Source: Bacteroidales bacterium (GTDB lineage: Bacteria; Bacteroidota; Bacteroidia; Bacteroidales; FEN-979). Taken from it: a DNA stretch of 64,000 nucleotides. The notes under the pieces are model-generated. The model was not told the DNA's origin. It did not search any database and saw nothing but the letters and a program-made list of their open reading frames with translations. Position 1 is the stretch's first letter; each line of letters opens with the position of its first letter. A program made the translations under genes and the position numbers. Positions 18,993-26,960 of this stretch are shown piece after piece. The stretch lies in assembly GCA_049317265.1 (NCBI GenBank), contig JBMOIP010000007.1, forward strand, positions 2,663 through 66,662, given 5' to 3'.

Positions 18993-19120
18993 CCTCTTGG
19001 TTCTCTGTGCCTTCTCAGTGGATCTCTGTGCAATTTTTTACAAGGGTTTTTTCCATGGCTATCCATTCATATTGTTTCACGGAGAAACACAGAGAAAATG
19101 CATAGAGGGCCACAGAGAGG
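18993..19120. repeat. CTCTGTG/CACAGAG imperfect hairpin element (copy a)
   Basis: Left arm: ttctctgtgcc ttctcagtg atctctgtg. Right arm: cacggagaa cacagagaa ...ggccacagagag. The arms pair in hairpin order. The element sits between the stop of 19130-21013 and module P3. Confidence 0.6.
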
Positions 19121-19129
19121 GTTTGACGA

Positions 19130-21013
19130 CTAATGCATGATGATTCTTCTTGATTCGAGATGGTCCCCGCTCCGAACCTGGATGAAATAGATTCCCGGTG
19201 TATTTCCGCCAAGGGTAAATTCGTAATGGTCCATACCTGTCAAATCTTTCTGCTGAATCAGATCACCCAGGGTGCCATAAATATGAGCCGTAGTATTTCC
19301 GCTTCTTATGGAAGGGTCCAATTCAACCGTGAATTTACCGTTGGTTGGATTTGGGTATATCCTGAGTGACAGTCCGGCTTCCTTGTCACTGGTTGTTTCA
19401 ATCAATTCTTTGGCTGCAGCAAATGAAGTTAAACCACAACAATACTCCCCTGTGGTTGTGATGTATGCATGCAGATATCCACCTGAATAGACCTGTGTTT
19501 CCGGAAGCAATTTAATATTTTGACCGGCAATCAATTTGATGATTCCACCGCCCAGGACATGGTATGGAATGGATCCACCTGCAACAATGATGGTTTGGGT
19601 GGCATTCTGGCAGTCAGATTCACCTGCGCCAATCTCACCGTTTACTGCAACTGTTTGCGGTATCGTATTCGCATTGCAACACCCTGAAGGCATGATGGCG
19701 GTTATGGCCGTGGTACTCAACGCCCCGGTTGTTGTGAGGGCCCTTCCTTCAATATAAACGCCGGTATTCAGGGCTCCCAGTGCGCCATTGTTACAAACAA
19801 TGGTTCCCCTGAATACTGAGTAGTTATTAATACTGACCGCACCTTCAATTTTCCAGAATACATTCTTGGCCTGGGCGCCATTCAGCATTTTTACCTTAGC
19901 GTAGGTGCTGGTTGACAGCGCTCCATTGATTTTAATCACGAACACGGCATCAGGGTTACCCATTGCATTGAGATAAACCCGCCCGTTCAGAACAGTTGCA
20001 GCGTTCAGCAGATAGGTATGTGGCGTTAGTACCAGGTCATTGCCAAACTGGGCCGGGTACAGTAACTCAATATCTGTAGGCAGTACGTTCAGGTAGTTGT
20101 AAACATCTAGCAAATCGGCAGCACACTGGGCAGTGGAACCATCCGGAATCGGATGAATGGTGCCCGATACCAGTAAAGGATCAAAGCCGATGGTTAATCC
20201 CACATTTGTACCGATATCCCCGGTAGCTTTTGTAGCGCCGGTATTGGCAACCGCCCCGTCGGAGGAGAACAGGACATAACACTCTGTCGACGCAAGTGCC
20301 GGCGCTATGGGGCCGGTAAGTATCGGGCTTCCGCAGCCAACCGGGGTATAGGCCAATACGCCATTGATGGTGATCGCCCCGGCGGTTGTAAGGGCCCTTC
20401 CTTCCAGGGTGTCGCCCGTGTTCATGTTTATTGCCGCGTTGTTTGCAATCACCGTTCCCCGCATGGTTGTTCCAGGAGCCATGCTCACCATACCCTCTAT
20501 TTTCCAGAACACGTTACATGATTTGGCTCCGTTGACCAGGTTTACTTTTGCGTTCGCACCCGTTGCAAAGGAGCCCTGAATCTGGAAAATAAATACCGCA
20601 TTGGCATCATTCTGGGCGTCTAAGGTAAGGTCAAGGTTCAACGTTGCCGCACCAGAAATGGAATAGACTCCTGCATTCAGCAACTGCCCGTTGCCAAGCA
20701 ATGGGGCAGGAAAAAAATTCGGGACAGTGCTATTTAGTTGATTATAGGCAATCAGCAGATCTGCGGCACACTGTGCGCTGGCGCCATCATTGTCGTGCAT
20801 CACACCGTTAACATTACCAAAACCGGTGCTTGAGCCGCTGTTTGTGCCAACATTCCCGGTTGCCTGGGTAATTCCTGAATTGTTCACGGCACCAACGGTA
20901 GAGAAAAAAACGAACCCGGCTGCAGTTCCCAACGGAGGAGCCTGGGCAAAGTTCATCATGGGCGCCAAAAACATCATAACAGCTGTTAAAGCATGTATTA
21001 TATTTGTTTTCAT
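19130..21013 (-). CDS. double-DUF3494 (ice-binding-like) T9SS cargo protein
   Basis: ATG 21013 gives the signal peptide MKTNIIHALTAVMMFLAPMMNFAQA. There are two tandem DUF3494-like domains (LGTAAGFVFFS...NAVFIFQIQG...CNVFWKIEG...GRAL; the second from about aa 240) and a C-terminal T9SS sorting domain (IYPNPTNGKFTVEL...GIYFIQV). Confidence 0.8.
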   Translation of the reverse strand: MKTNIIHALTAVMMFLAPMMNFAQAPPLGTAAGFVFFSTVGAVNNSGITQATGNVGTNSGSSTGFGNVNGVMHDNDGASAQCAADLLIAYNQLNSTVPNFFPAPLLGNGQLLNAGVYSISGAATLNLDLTLDAQNDANAVFIFQIQGSFATGANAKVNLVNGAKSCNVFWKIEGMVSMAPGTTMRGTVIANNAAINMNTGDTLEGRALTTAGAITINGVLAYTPVGCGSPILTGPIAPALASTECYVLFSSDGAVANTGATKATGDIGTNVGLTIGFDPLLVSGTIHPIPDGSTAQCAADLLDVYNYLNVLPTDIELLYPAQFGNDLVLTPHTYLLNAATVLNGRVYLNAMGNPDAVFVIKINGALSTSTYAKVKMLNGAQAKNVFWKIEGAVSINNYSVFRGTIVCNNGALGALNTGVYIEGRALTTTGALSTTAITAIMPSGCCNANTIPQTVAVNGEIGAGESDCQNATQTIIVAGGSIPYHVLGGGIIKLIAGQNIKLLPETQVYSGGYLHAYITTTGEYCCGLTSFAAAKELIETTSDKEAGLSLRIYPNPTNGKFTVELDPSIRSGNTTAHIYGTLGDLIQQKDLTGMDHYEFTLGGNTPGIYFIQVRSGDHLESRRIIMH

Positions 21014-21030
21014 GTGTTTCGTTGTTACCT

Positions 21031-21046
21031 GTGAAATAATTTCCAC
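21031..21046 (-). promoter_or_regulatory. GTGAAA-N4-TTTCAC-type palindrome downstream of module P4
   Basis: gtgaaataatttccac; arms match 5/6. It begins 7 nt after the TTTG of P4. Confidence 0.45.
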
Positions 21047-21053
21047 AAGCTGA

Positions 21054-21120
21054 CAAAGATCGTTCTCCCATGCAATGAATGTGTTACATAACTATTTAAA
21101 AATGTTACATGATTCACACA
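21054..21120 (-). promoter_or_regulatory. conserved 67-bp promoter module P4
   Basis: Gene-oriented sequence: TGTGTGAATCATGTAAC-N13-TATGTAACAC-N23-TTTG, 40 nt from ATG 21013. Confidence 0.7.
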
Positions 21121-21137
21121 TGAACGTCATGGTTACA

Positions 21138-21165
21138 TGAAATCTGAAATCTGAAATGTGAAATG
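21138..21165. repeat. heptamer microsatellite (TGAAATC)2(TGAAATG)2
   Basis: Four contiguous 7-mers immediately distal to module P4. Confidence 0.7.
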
Positions 21166-21195
21166 TGGTCGGGTGGTGCTCCTATATCATCGTAC

Positions 21196-21236
21196 CAACA
21201 AAAAGGCTGCCTGACTTTTACATCAAACAGCCTTTT
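21196..21236 (-). terminator. candidate terminator after the 688-aa OmpA-family gene
   Basis: A 9-bp stem (aaaaggctg 21201-21209 / cagcctttt 21228-21236) with an 18-nt loop. On the minus strand the 3' arm runs into TTTTTGTTGG. Confidence 0.4.
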
Positions 21237-21267
21237 CCTGAGTTGGAATCTCTTTTACTGAAAGTAC

Positions 21268-23334
21268 CTATTTCACCGGGAGAATGTCAATAACAACCGT
21301 CCTGTTGTAAAACCGCTCTTCGGGAAATTTGTTTTCGAACGGAGACAGATTTTCGTCTTCCCCAAAACCGTAGACTTCGAATTTCACATCAGTGGTGCCT
21401 GCTTTTGTCAATCCTGCGGCAAGGATGTTTCTCACTTCGTTTGCCCTGGCCAGCGAAAGGGTCTGGTTGTAGATCTCTTCGCCAATGATATCGGTATAAC
21501 CATGAATCACAACGACACTTCCTGCTGAAATCTTAGGAACTACAATATCGCTCAGGTATTTTTCATAGAGGGTAATGGCTTTCGATTCGTTGAATTCAAA
21601 GATGACGCTGAAACGCATGATCTCCACACTGACGGGCGGGGTTTTCAGAACCATGTTCACCGTGGTGTCTTTTCTTAAGGTGCTGCCACTTTTATATTCA
21701 CCGGTCATCGTGATTTTATAAGTGCCTTCTGTCTGTGCACCCATGATGGTTTTTCCCGGGATTGTAATTCTGTCCTGCGTATAAGGACCGTATTGCTTTA
21801 TATTCCCATTTCCATCCCTGGTCTCGATTGACCATGATTTAAAAGCAACGGACGCTCCAACTGCATTGAAGATCACATAACCTTCAAGGGGCGATTTATT
21901 CATGGCCAGGATCACAACCGGTTTTAATGGGGCATCATCGCCACTCTGGAACTCCATTAGTAATGCCGGTGATAAGCTGTAAATGGAGACCCTGCGATCG
22001 CCTTCGCGAAGCAGATCAAGTTCCTTGGTTCCGCCAGGTTTTTCTGAGGGAATCGTCGGCTTGATCCTTCCTTCGGTGGTAATCCTGGTCGCCTCGATGC
22101 CAAAGATGCTGACAAGGTACCGTTTTACCGACTCGGCCATGGCTTTGCCATCATCAGGGCCTTCCATGGATGCGCCAGTGAGACGGATGGTTGCGGTGGG
22201 ATTTTTTCCCAGCCGGTCACCCAGAATATTGATGACATTGTAATAAACCACCATCTGCCTTTGTGAACGGCCCGACTGGTTCTTAGGGGTAAACAACTGC
22301 ACCTGGTCTTCTTTAAAATCTTTCACCTGGTCCTTGGAGAGCAACACATATCGGTCGGGGATCTCTTTTGAATTCAGATCGAAGAAGATATAGTTACGGA
22401 TCGGGAATATCTCCCTTACCTGGCGTTCGGCGGTGATGTTCATGGGAGCGACCACTGAAAACTGTACTTTCTGGTCAGGGATGATAACTACTGCCGCAGG
22501 TAATGGGGCCGGAACAGGTTCCGGTGCCTTAGGACAGGAGTAACCAAATTTATAGGTTAATCCTACGGTGCCGGAACTGTACATATCACCCTTTATGGCC
22601 ATGGCGCCACCCTGGGTCATGTCGAGGTTGTCAGAATTCTGCCATCTCCAGATGAACTCAACCGGAACGGAGAAATGTTTACTAAGGTTAAAATCAAACC
22701 CAAGCCCTGCGGTTACTTTGAAGGCGAGGTTGTCACCACCAATGCCCTGTGCGTTTCCGACATTCAGTGGATCACCTGCCTTGCCCAGGTAGGCGATCTC
22801 CTGCTCGTTTACATCACGCAGCGTACCGCTGGAATGGTCTGCACCGATACCTCCAAGCACGTAAGATGAGAAGATGCGTTCGGGTTTATAACCCAGTATC
22901 CAGTTCAGCCAGTTTACCGTTACCTGGAGGTCTGATTCAAAGATAGATGAACGAAAACTCAGGGTGTTCTTCTGCGGAATACCTTTTCCATCCTTATAAT
23001 CCCAAACCCATTTATCCTGCACACCACTATGGATATTCCCATAGGCAAACCGTGCGCGAACACCGATAACCCTGGAAAACTGCTTCGTTACAACAAAGCC
23101 CAGGTCATAGCCAATACTCTTTGTATAGAGGTTGATCCATTTATCCCTGGATACATCTCCGTTAAACTGCATCAAACCGCCGAAAGCGCCTACCGACCAA
23201 TAATTATAGCAGGGCGCTGCATCGGTCCTGATCATTACAGGCTTCGGCCCTTCCTGTGCCATGGTGGCAAGAGGCAAAATTGCCACAAATGCGACAATGA
23301 ACACCTTGAATAGATTTTGTTTAAAATTTTTCAT
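21268..23334 (-). CDS. OmpA-family outer membrane protein (large)
   Basis: 688 aa with a signal peptide, an N-terminal beta-barrel-like region, and a C-terminal OmpA-like domain (VVIHGYTDIIGEEIYNQTLSLARANEV). Confidence 0.8.
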   Translation of the reverse strand: MKNFKQNLFKVFIVAFVAILPLATMAQEGPKPVMIRTDAAPCYNYWSVGAFGGLMQFNGDVSRDKWINLYTKSIGYDLGFVVTKQFSRVIGVRARFAYGNIHSGVQDKWVWDYKDGKGIPQKNTLSFRSSIFESDLQVTVNWLNWILGYKPERIFSSYVLGGIGADHSSGTLRDVNEQEIAYLGKAGDPLNVGNAQGIGGDNLAFKVTAGLGFDFNLSKHFSVPVEFIWRWQNSDNLDMTQGGAMAIKGDMYSSGTVGLTYKFGYSCPKAPEPVPAPLPAAVVIIPDQKVQFSVVAPMNITAERQVREIFPIRNYIFFDLNSKEIPDRYVLLSKDQVKDFKEDQVQLFTPKNQSGRSQRQMVVYYNVINILGDRLGKNPTATIRLTGASMEGPDDGKAMAESVKRYLVSIFGIEATRITTEGRIKPTIPSEKPGGTKELDLLREGDRRVSIYSLSPALLMEFQSGDDAPLKPVVILAMNKSPLEGYVIFNAVGASVAFKSWSIETRDGNGNIKQYGPYTQDRITIPGKTIMGAQTEGTYKITMTGEYKSGSTLRKDTTVNMVLKTPPVSVEIMRFSVIFEFNESKAITLYEKYLSDIVVPKISAGSVVVIHGYTDIIGEEIYNQTLSLARANEVRNILAAGLTKAGTTDVKFEVYGFGEDENLSPFENKFPEERFYNRTVVIDILPVK

Positions 23335-23414
23335 GATTCTCTTTTTTTTTGGTTTTTACGATATACATATTGATGTTACAATTAGTTTTTTAACACGCCC
23401 GGCTGTGAAGCAAG

Positions 23415-24656
23415 CTACATGTTTCTTGGGGGTTTGGGTGAATCCTTCTCCTTGTCATTACCGCCACCTTTCGATGGGCTCACCTGCTGTGGCTGTGCCG
23501 GCTGTTGCCTCGGGGGCTGAGCAGGGCGATGTTGCGGTTGCTGCTGTGCGGGCTGCTGTTTTGCCGGCTGGGCCTGGCGCTGTTGCGGTTGCTGCTGTGC
23601 GGGCTGCTGTTTTACCGGCTGGGCCTGGCGCTGTTGCGGTTGCTGTTGTGCGGGCTGCTGTTTTGCCGGCTGAGTCTGACGTTGTTGTGGCTGCTGGGGT
23701 TGCTGTGATGAAGGTTGTTGCCTTGCAGGCTGCGCAGGACGCTGCTGTTGCGCAGGTTGTTGCTTTGCAGGCTGGGCAGGACGCTGCTGTTGCGGGGGTT
23801 GCTGTTTGGCCGGTTGACTCCTTTGGGCAGGGGGCATCGCCCTTCTTTGGTCAATCGTTTTGATATTTTCAATCCGGCCTACCTTGGAAGGGGCGGGTTT
23901 TGGACCGCTGGGTGCGCTTCTTCTGACTTCCGGTTTGTAAATCTGAAGTTGATTGCTGTTCACGCGCTGGCCGGGTTTGGCGCGTTCCGTAACAGCAACC
24001 GGAGTGAATTTTCTTCCTGAGCGCTGCTCGGCCTGCCCTCTTTCAGGCCCGGCATTATAGGTTACATTCCGCGACCTGTCGACACGGTTGTTTACAATTA
24101 CGGTGGAGTTGTTGATGATCGTTACATTCTGTGTTTGGTTGACATAGTAGTTATTGATATCTCTTCTACCAAAGTCCCTGTCCCTGACGAATGTCCACCT
24201 GTTGTCCGGGATATTGTAACTATTTCCATAGGCAATATTGATACTGATGCCGGGGCCGATCGGGGCCCAGCCATAATAACCTGCCGACATCCTCCAGGTA
24301 ACCCATCCCGGTCCCCATTCATAGTCGGGAACCCACATAGCGCCATAACGATCATCCATAAACCAGCGGCCATAGTGAAATGGCGCCCACCCCCAGGAGT
24401 AGTTGGAGACCCAGGTCCATCCCTGGTCGGTAAAAATCCAGTAACCGTTTGTAGAATAAGGGGTAAATCCGGGGCCGACATCAGGAAGCCAGACATACCC
24501 GTAGTCGGGATTGTCGATCCATGTTCCGTAAGGACTCAGTTCATTATAAAAGACCTCAAAGCCGACCGACACACCCTGTGCCGGTATTCTTTGCGGAGTT
24601 AAAGCCGATCCTGCAAGGAAGATCATTAAAAGTGAAATCAATATTTTCGTTTTCAT
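23415..24656 (-). CDS. secreted W/Y/G-repeat protein with Gln/Pro-rich C-terminal repeats
   Basis: ATG 24656 gives the signal peptide MKTKILISLLMIFLAGSALT. The N-domain contains YGYVWLPD...WGWAPFHYGRW...YGWAPIGPG. The C-terminus is made of (R)QAQPAKQQPAQQQPQQ repeats. Confidence 0.75.
   Translation of the reverse strand: MKTKILISLLMIFLAGSALTPQRIPAQGVSVGFEVFYNELSPYGTWIDNPDYGYVWLPDVGPGFTPYSTNGYWIFTDQGWTWVSNYSWGWAPFHYGRWFMDDRYGAMWVPDYEWGPGWVTWRMSAGYYGWAPIGPGISINIAYGNSYNIPDNRWTFVRDRDFGRRDINNYYVNQTQNVTIINNSTVIVNNRVDRSRNVTYNAGPERGQAEQRSGRKFTPVAVTERAKPGQRVNSNQLQIYKPEVRRSAPSGPKPAPSKVGRIENIKTIDQRRAMPPAQRSQPAKQQPPQQQRPAQPAKQQPAQQQRPAQPARQQPSSQQPQQPQQRQTQPAKQQPAQQQPQQRQAQPVKQQPAQQQPQQRQAQPAKQQPAQQQPQHRPAQPPRQQPAQPQQVSPSKGGGNDKEKDSPKPPRNM
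23528..23680. repeat. 3 x 51-bp in-frame tandem repeat (degenerate units continue to ~23830)
   Basis: Units 23528-23578, 23579-23629 and 23630-23680 differ by only a few nt. Each encodes 17 aa of Q/P-rich sequence on the minus strand. Confidence 0.85.
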
Positions 24657-24690
24657 ACGGGTTACAGATAAGGATGAAATTCTCAAGCTG

Positions 24691-24757
24691 CAAAATTGCA
24701 CCCCTTTCCATGCCAAAGTGTTACACAATTACCCGGAAGAGTTACATCATTCACACG
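24691..24757 (-). promoter_or_regulatory. conserved 67-bp promoter module P5
   Basis: Gene-oriented sequence: cGTGTGAATGATGTAAC-N13-TGTGTAACAC-N23-TTTG, 34 nt from ATG 24656. Confidence 0.7.
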
Positions 24758-24758
24758 T

Positions 24759-24843
24759 TTGTGGTTTTCTGTGGGGGCTCCGTCTCTCCGAGTAACAAAT
24801 AATTACCCGGAGATTCACGGAGATATGGAGAGAACCACAGAGG
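24759..24843. repeat. CTCTGTG/CACAGAG-type imperfect hairpin element (copy c)
   Basis: Left arm tttgtggttttctgtgggggctccgtctctccgagtaa pairs with right arm ttacccggagattcacggagatatggagagaaccacagaggg. The element fills the gap between the divergent modules P5 and P6. Confidence 0.6.
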
Positions 24844-24862
24844 GAAAAATGAAATAGCGGAA

Positions 24863-24929
24863 TGTGTGAATCATGTAACATATTTAAAAAGTTATATAAC
24901 ACTTTCACAGGAGAGTCCTCATAATTTTG
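24863..24929 (+). promoter_or_regulatory. conserved 67-bp promoter module P6
   Basis: TGTGTGAATCATGTAAC-N13-TATATAACAC-N23-TTTG, with -7 box TAATTTTG, 23 nt from ATG 24953. Confidence 0.7.
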
Positions 24930-24952
24930 TGCCATTCCAAGTCATCCGGTAA

Positions 24953-25795
24953 ATGAAAAAATTCCACCCCGTTGTTAAAGTAAAAGGATATACCACCAGG
25001 CAGTCTGTGTTACTGAGTGAAAAGGCATTGGCGAAAACCGCCATCGCCAGTAACTTTTTAACGGAAATTGCTGATGTATACCTTTTTATCGTAAAATTCA
25101 TCCGGGAAACATTTACGCGCAATTTTGAATTCAGGGAGTTCATGCGTCAGTGTTTTCAAATCGGGTACAAATCGCTCCCGCTGGTATCCATCACCGGGGC
25201 TATCATGGGGCTCGTCCTCACCATTCAATCGCGTCCTGTACTGGTTAAGTTCGGGGCGGTTACCATGCTTCCCGGCATGGTCGCCATCTCCATGATCAGG
25301 GAGATGGGCCCGGTGATCACTGCTCTTATCCTTGCAGGAAAGGTCGGTTCGGGGATGGGCGCTGAACTTGGCTCAATGAAAGTAACCGAACAGATTGATG
25401 CCATGGAGGTATCCTCTACCAACCCGATGCGGTTTTTGGTGGTGACCAGGGTGTGGGCAGCCATTTTCATGATCCCCTTGCTGATTTTATATGCCGATGC
25501 ATTCGGAATTTTCGGATGCTGGGCCGGCGCCAATATCAAAGGCGATGTATCGCTGGTTCTCTTCTTTTCCCAGGCATTCGGCAATGTACAATTCATGGAC
25601 CTCCTGCCGGCGGTAATCAAGTCGTTTTTTTTCGGGGCGGTGATCGGATTCGTGGGGTGCTATAAGGGATACAATGCCGGAAGGGGAACAGAAAGTGTCG
25701 GTATTGCCGCAAATTCAGCCGTGGTACTATCCTCGCTGCTTGTAATTATTGTAGATATGATCGCTGTACAGATTACTGATATGCTGGTACAATGA
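24953..25795 (+). CDS. mlaE: MlaE-family ABC transporter permease
   Basis: 280 aa with the conserved MlaE core (REMGPVITALILAGKVGSGMGAELGSMKVTEQIDAMEV). Confidence 0.85.
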   Translation: MKKFHPVVKVKGYTTRQSVLLSEKALAKTAIASNFLTEIADVYLFIVKFIRETFTRNFEFREFMRQCFQIGYKSLPLVSITGAIMGLVLTIQSRPVLVKFGAVTMLPGMVAISMIREMGPVITALILAGKVGSGMGAELGSMKVTEQIDAMEVSSTNPMRFLVVTRVWAAIFMIPLLILYADAFGIFGCWAGANIKGDVSLVLFFSQAFGNVQFMDLLPAVIKSFFFGAVIGFVGCYKGYNAGRGTESVGIAANSAVVLSSLLVIIVDMIAVQITDMLVQ

Positions 25796-26574
25796 CCATA
25801 CTTCACAAAGAAATACCAGCCATAAAAACAATGAAGCCTTCTTCAAAGGATCCGGTGATCGAAATCAGGAACCTGAAAAAGTCGTTCGGGCAGCAGGAAG
25901 TGCTCTCCGATATCACACTTGATCTGCTGAATGGTGAAAATCTTGTAATCCTCGGCAAATCGGGTTCGGGAAAATCGGTATTGATCAAATGCATCGCCGG
26001 TTTACTTAATTCAGATGGGGGAACCATCAAGGTCTTTGACAAGATAGTGAATACGCTGGATAGCAATGAGCTGAATGACCTTCGCCAGAAAATCGGATTC
26101 CTTTTTCAAAGCGGCGCATTGTATGATTCCATGACCGTGAAGGAGAACCTTGAATTCCCCTTGAAGAGGATCAAGAAGGAGCTGACCGCAAAACAGGTGG
26201 CGGAAAAAATCGGGGAGGTACTTGAGAATGTTGGCCTGGCGGATGCCCTTTACAAAATGCCATCGCAACTTTCAGGCGGGATGCGTAAAAGAATCAGTCT
26301 TGCCCGCACCATTGTCGTCGACCCGATGATCATGCTGTATGATGAACCCACCACCGGGCTCGATCCCATTACTTCAGACGAAATCAGCGCACTCATCCTG
26401 GAGGTTCAGAAGAAATACAAAACCTCCTCCATCATCATCACCCACGATATCAAATGCGCCCGTAACACGGCAAACCGAATCATCATGCTGGCCGAAGGGA
26501 TGGTGTTGAAGGAGGGGACCATGGCCGATTTTGAAAACAGCAAAGACCCGGTCATCCAATCATTCTTCAGCTGA
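25792..26574 (+). CDS. mlaF: ABC transporter ATP-binding protein (MlaF-like)
   Basis: Walker A GKSGSGKS, signature LSGGMRKR, and an ATGA overlap with mlaE. Confidence 0.85.
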   Translation: MTILHKEIPAIKTMKPSSKDPVIEIRNLKKSFGQQEVLSDITLDLLNGENLVILGKSGSGKSVLIKCIAGLLNSDGGTIKVFDKIVNTLDSNELNDLRQKIGFLFQSGALYDSMTVKENLEFPLKRIKKELTAKQVAEKIGEVLENVGLADALYKMPSQLSGGMRKRISLARTIVVDPMIMLYDEPTTGLDPITSDEISALILEVQKKYKTSSIIITHDIKCARNTANRIIMLAEGMVLKEGTMADFENSKDPVIQSFFS

Positions 26575-26598
26575 CACCTGAAATCTGCAATCGTAAAT

Positions 26599-26929
26599 TA
26601 CTGCTGATGCGTTAACTTTTAATATTCTATATAAATCACTGATAAATAAAACAATATTGTCGTCCTGATATTTTTTGATTTGAATTATTCACAAAATTCC
26701 TCTCTGTGGCTCTCTTTGCGGTTTCTCAGTGGTACTCAGTGAAACAAAATTACACAGAGGTACCACGGAGAAGTCACTGAGAGCCACAGAGGGAAATAGA
26801 ATGTATCATAGTTTGGGAATTGACCAGATGAAATATCATTGAACGAACTACTTGTAAAATATCAAATCAGTTAGAAAGTCTATGGCAATAGCATTCTGAT
26901 AGCACCTTAAGTTAAACGCATCAGCACTA
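26599..26929. mobile_element. MITE-like non-coding insertion (331 bp) between mlaF and mlaD
   Basis: Terminal inverted repeats TACTGCTGATGCGTTAACTT (26599-26618) and the reverse complement of aagttaaacgcatcagcacta (26909-26929) differ by 1 mismatch and 1 indel. They are flanked by an identical 9-bp direct repeat ATCGTAAAT (26590-26598 and 26930-26938). No ORF inside. Caveat: the flanks are themselves heptad-repetitive. Confidence 0.45.
26699..26793. repeat. CTCTGTG/CACAGAG imperfect hairpin element (copy b, inside the MITE-like element)
   Basis: The outer stem is a perfect 13 bp (ctctgtggctctc 26702-26714 / gagagccacagag 26779-26791). The inner arms are ctcagtg x2 versus cacagag, cacggag and cactgag. 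Confidence 0.65.
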
Positions 26930-26960
26930 ATCGTAAATCACATATTCGTAAATCAACAAG

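Noticed and set aside
23528-23830. Tandem 51-bp repeats (and the 63-bp repeats at 35428-35742) as possible CRISPR arrays.
   Set aside because: The units are contiguous with no unique spacers. Their lengths are multiples of 3 and they lie in frame inside long ORFs with clear protein-level repeats.
23261-23863. 200-aa plus-strand ORF with AVAAVRAAVLPAGPG repeats.
   Set aside because: It is an antisense shadow of the Q/P-rich repeat region. The minus-strand frame has a signal peptide, a conserved N-domain and a module promoter.
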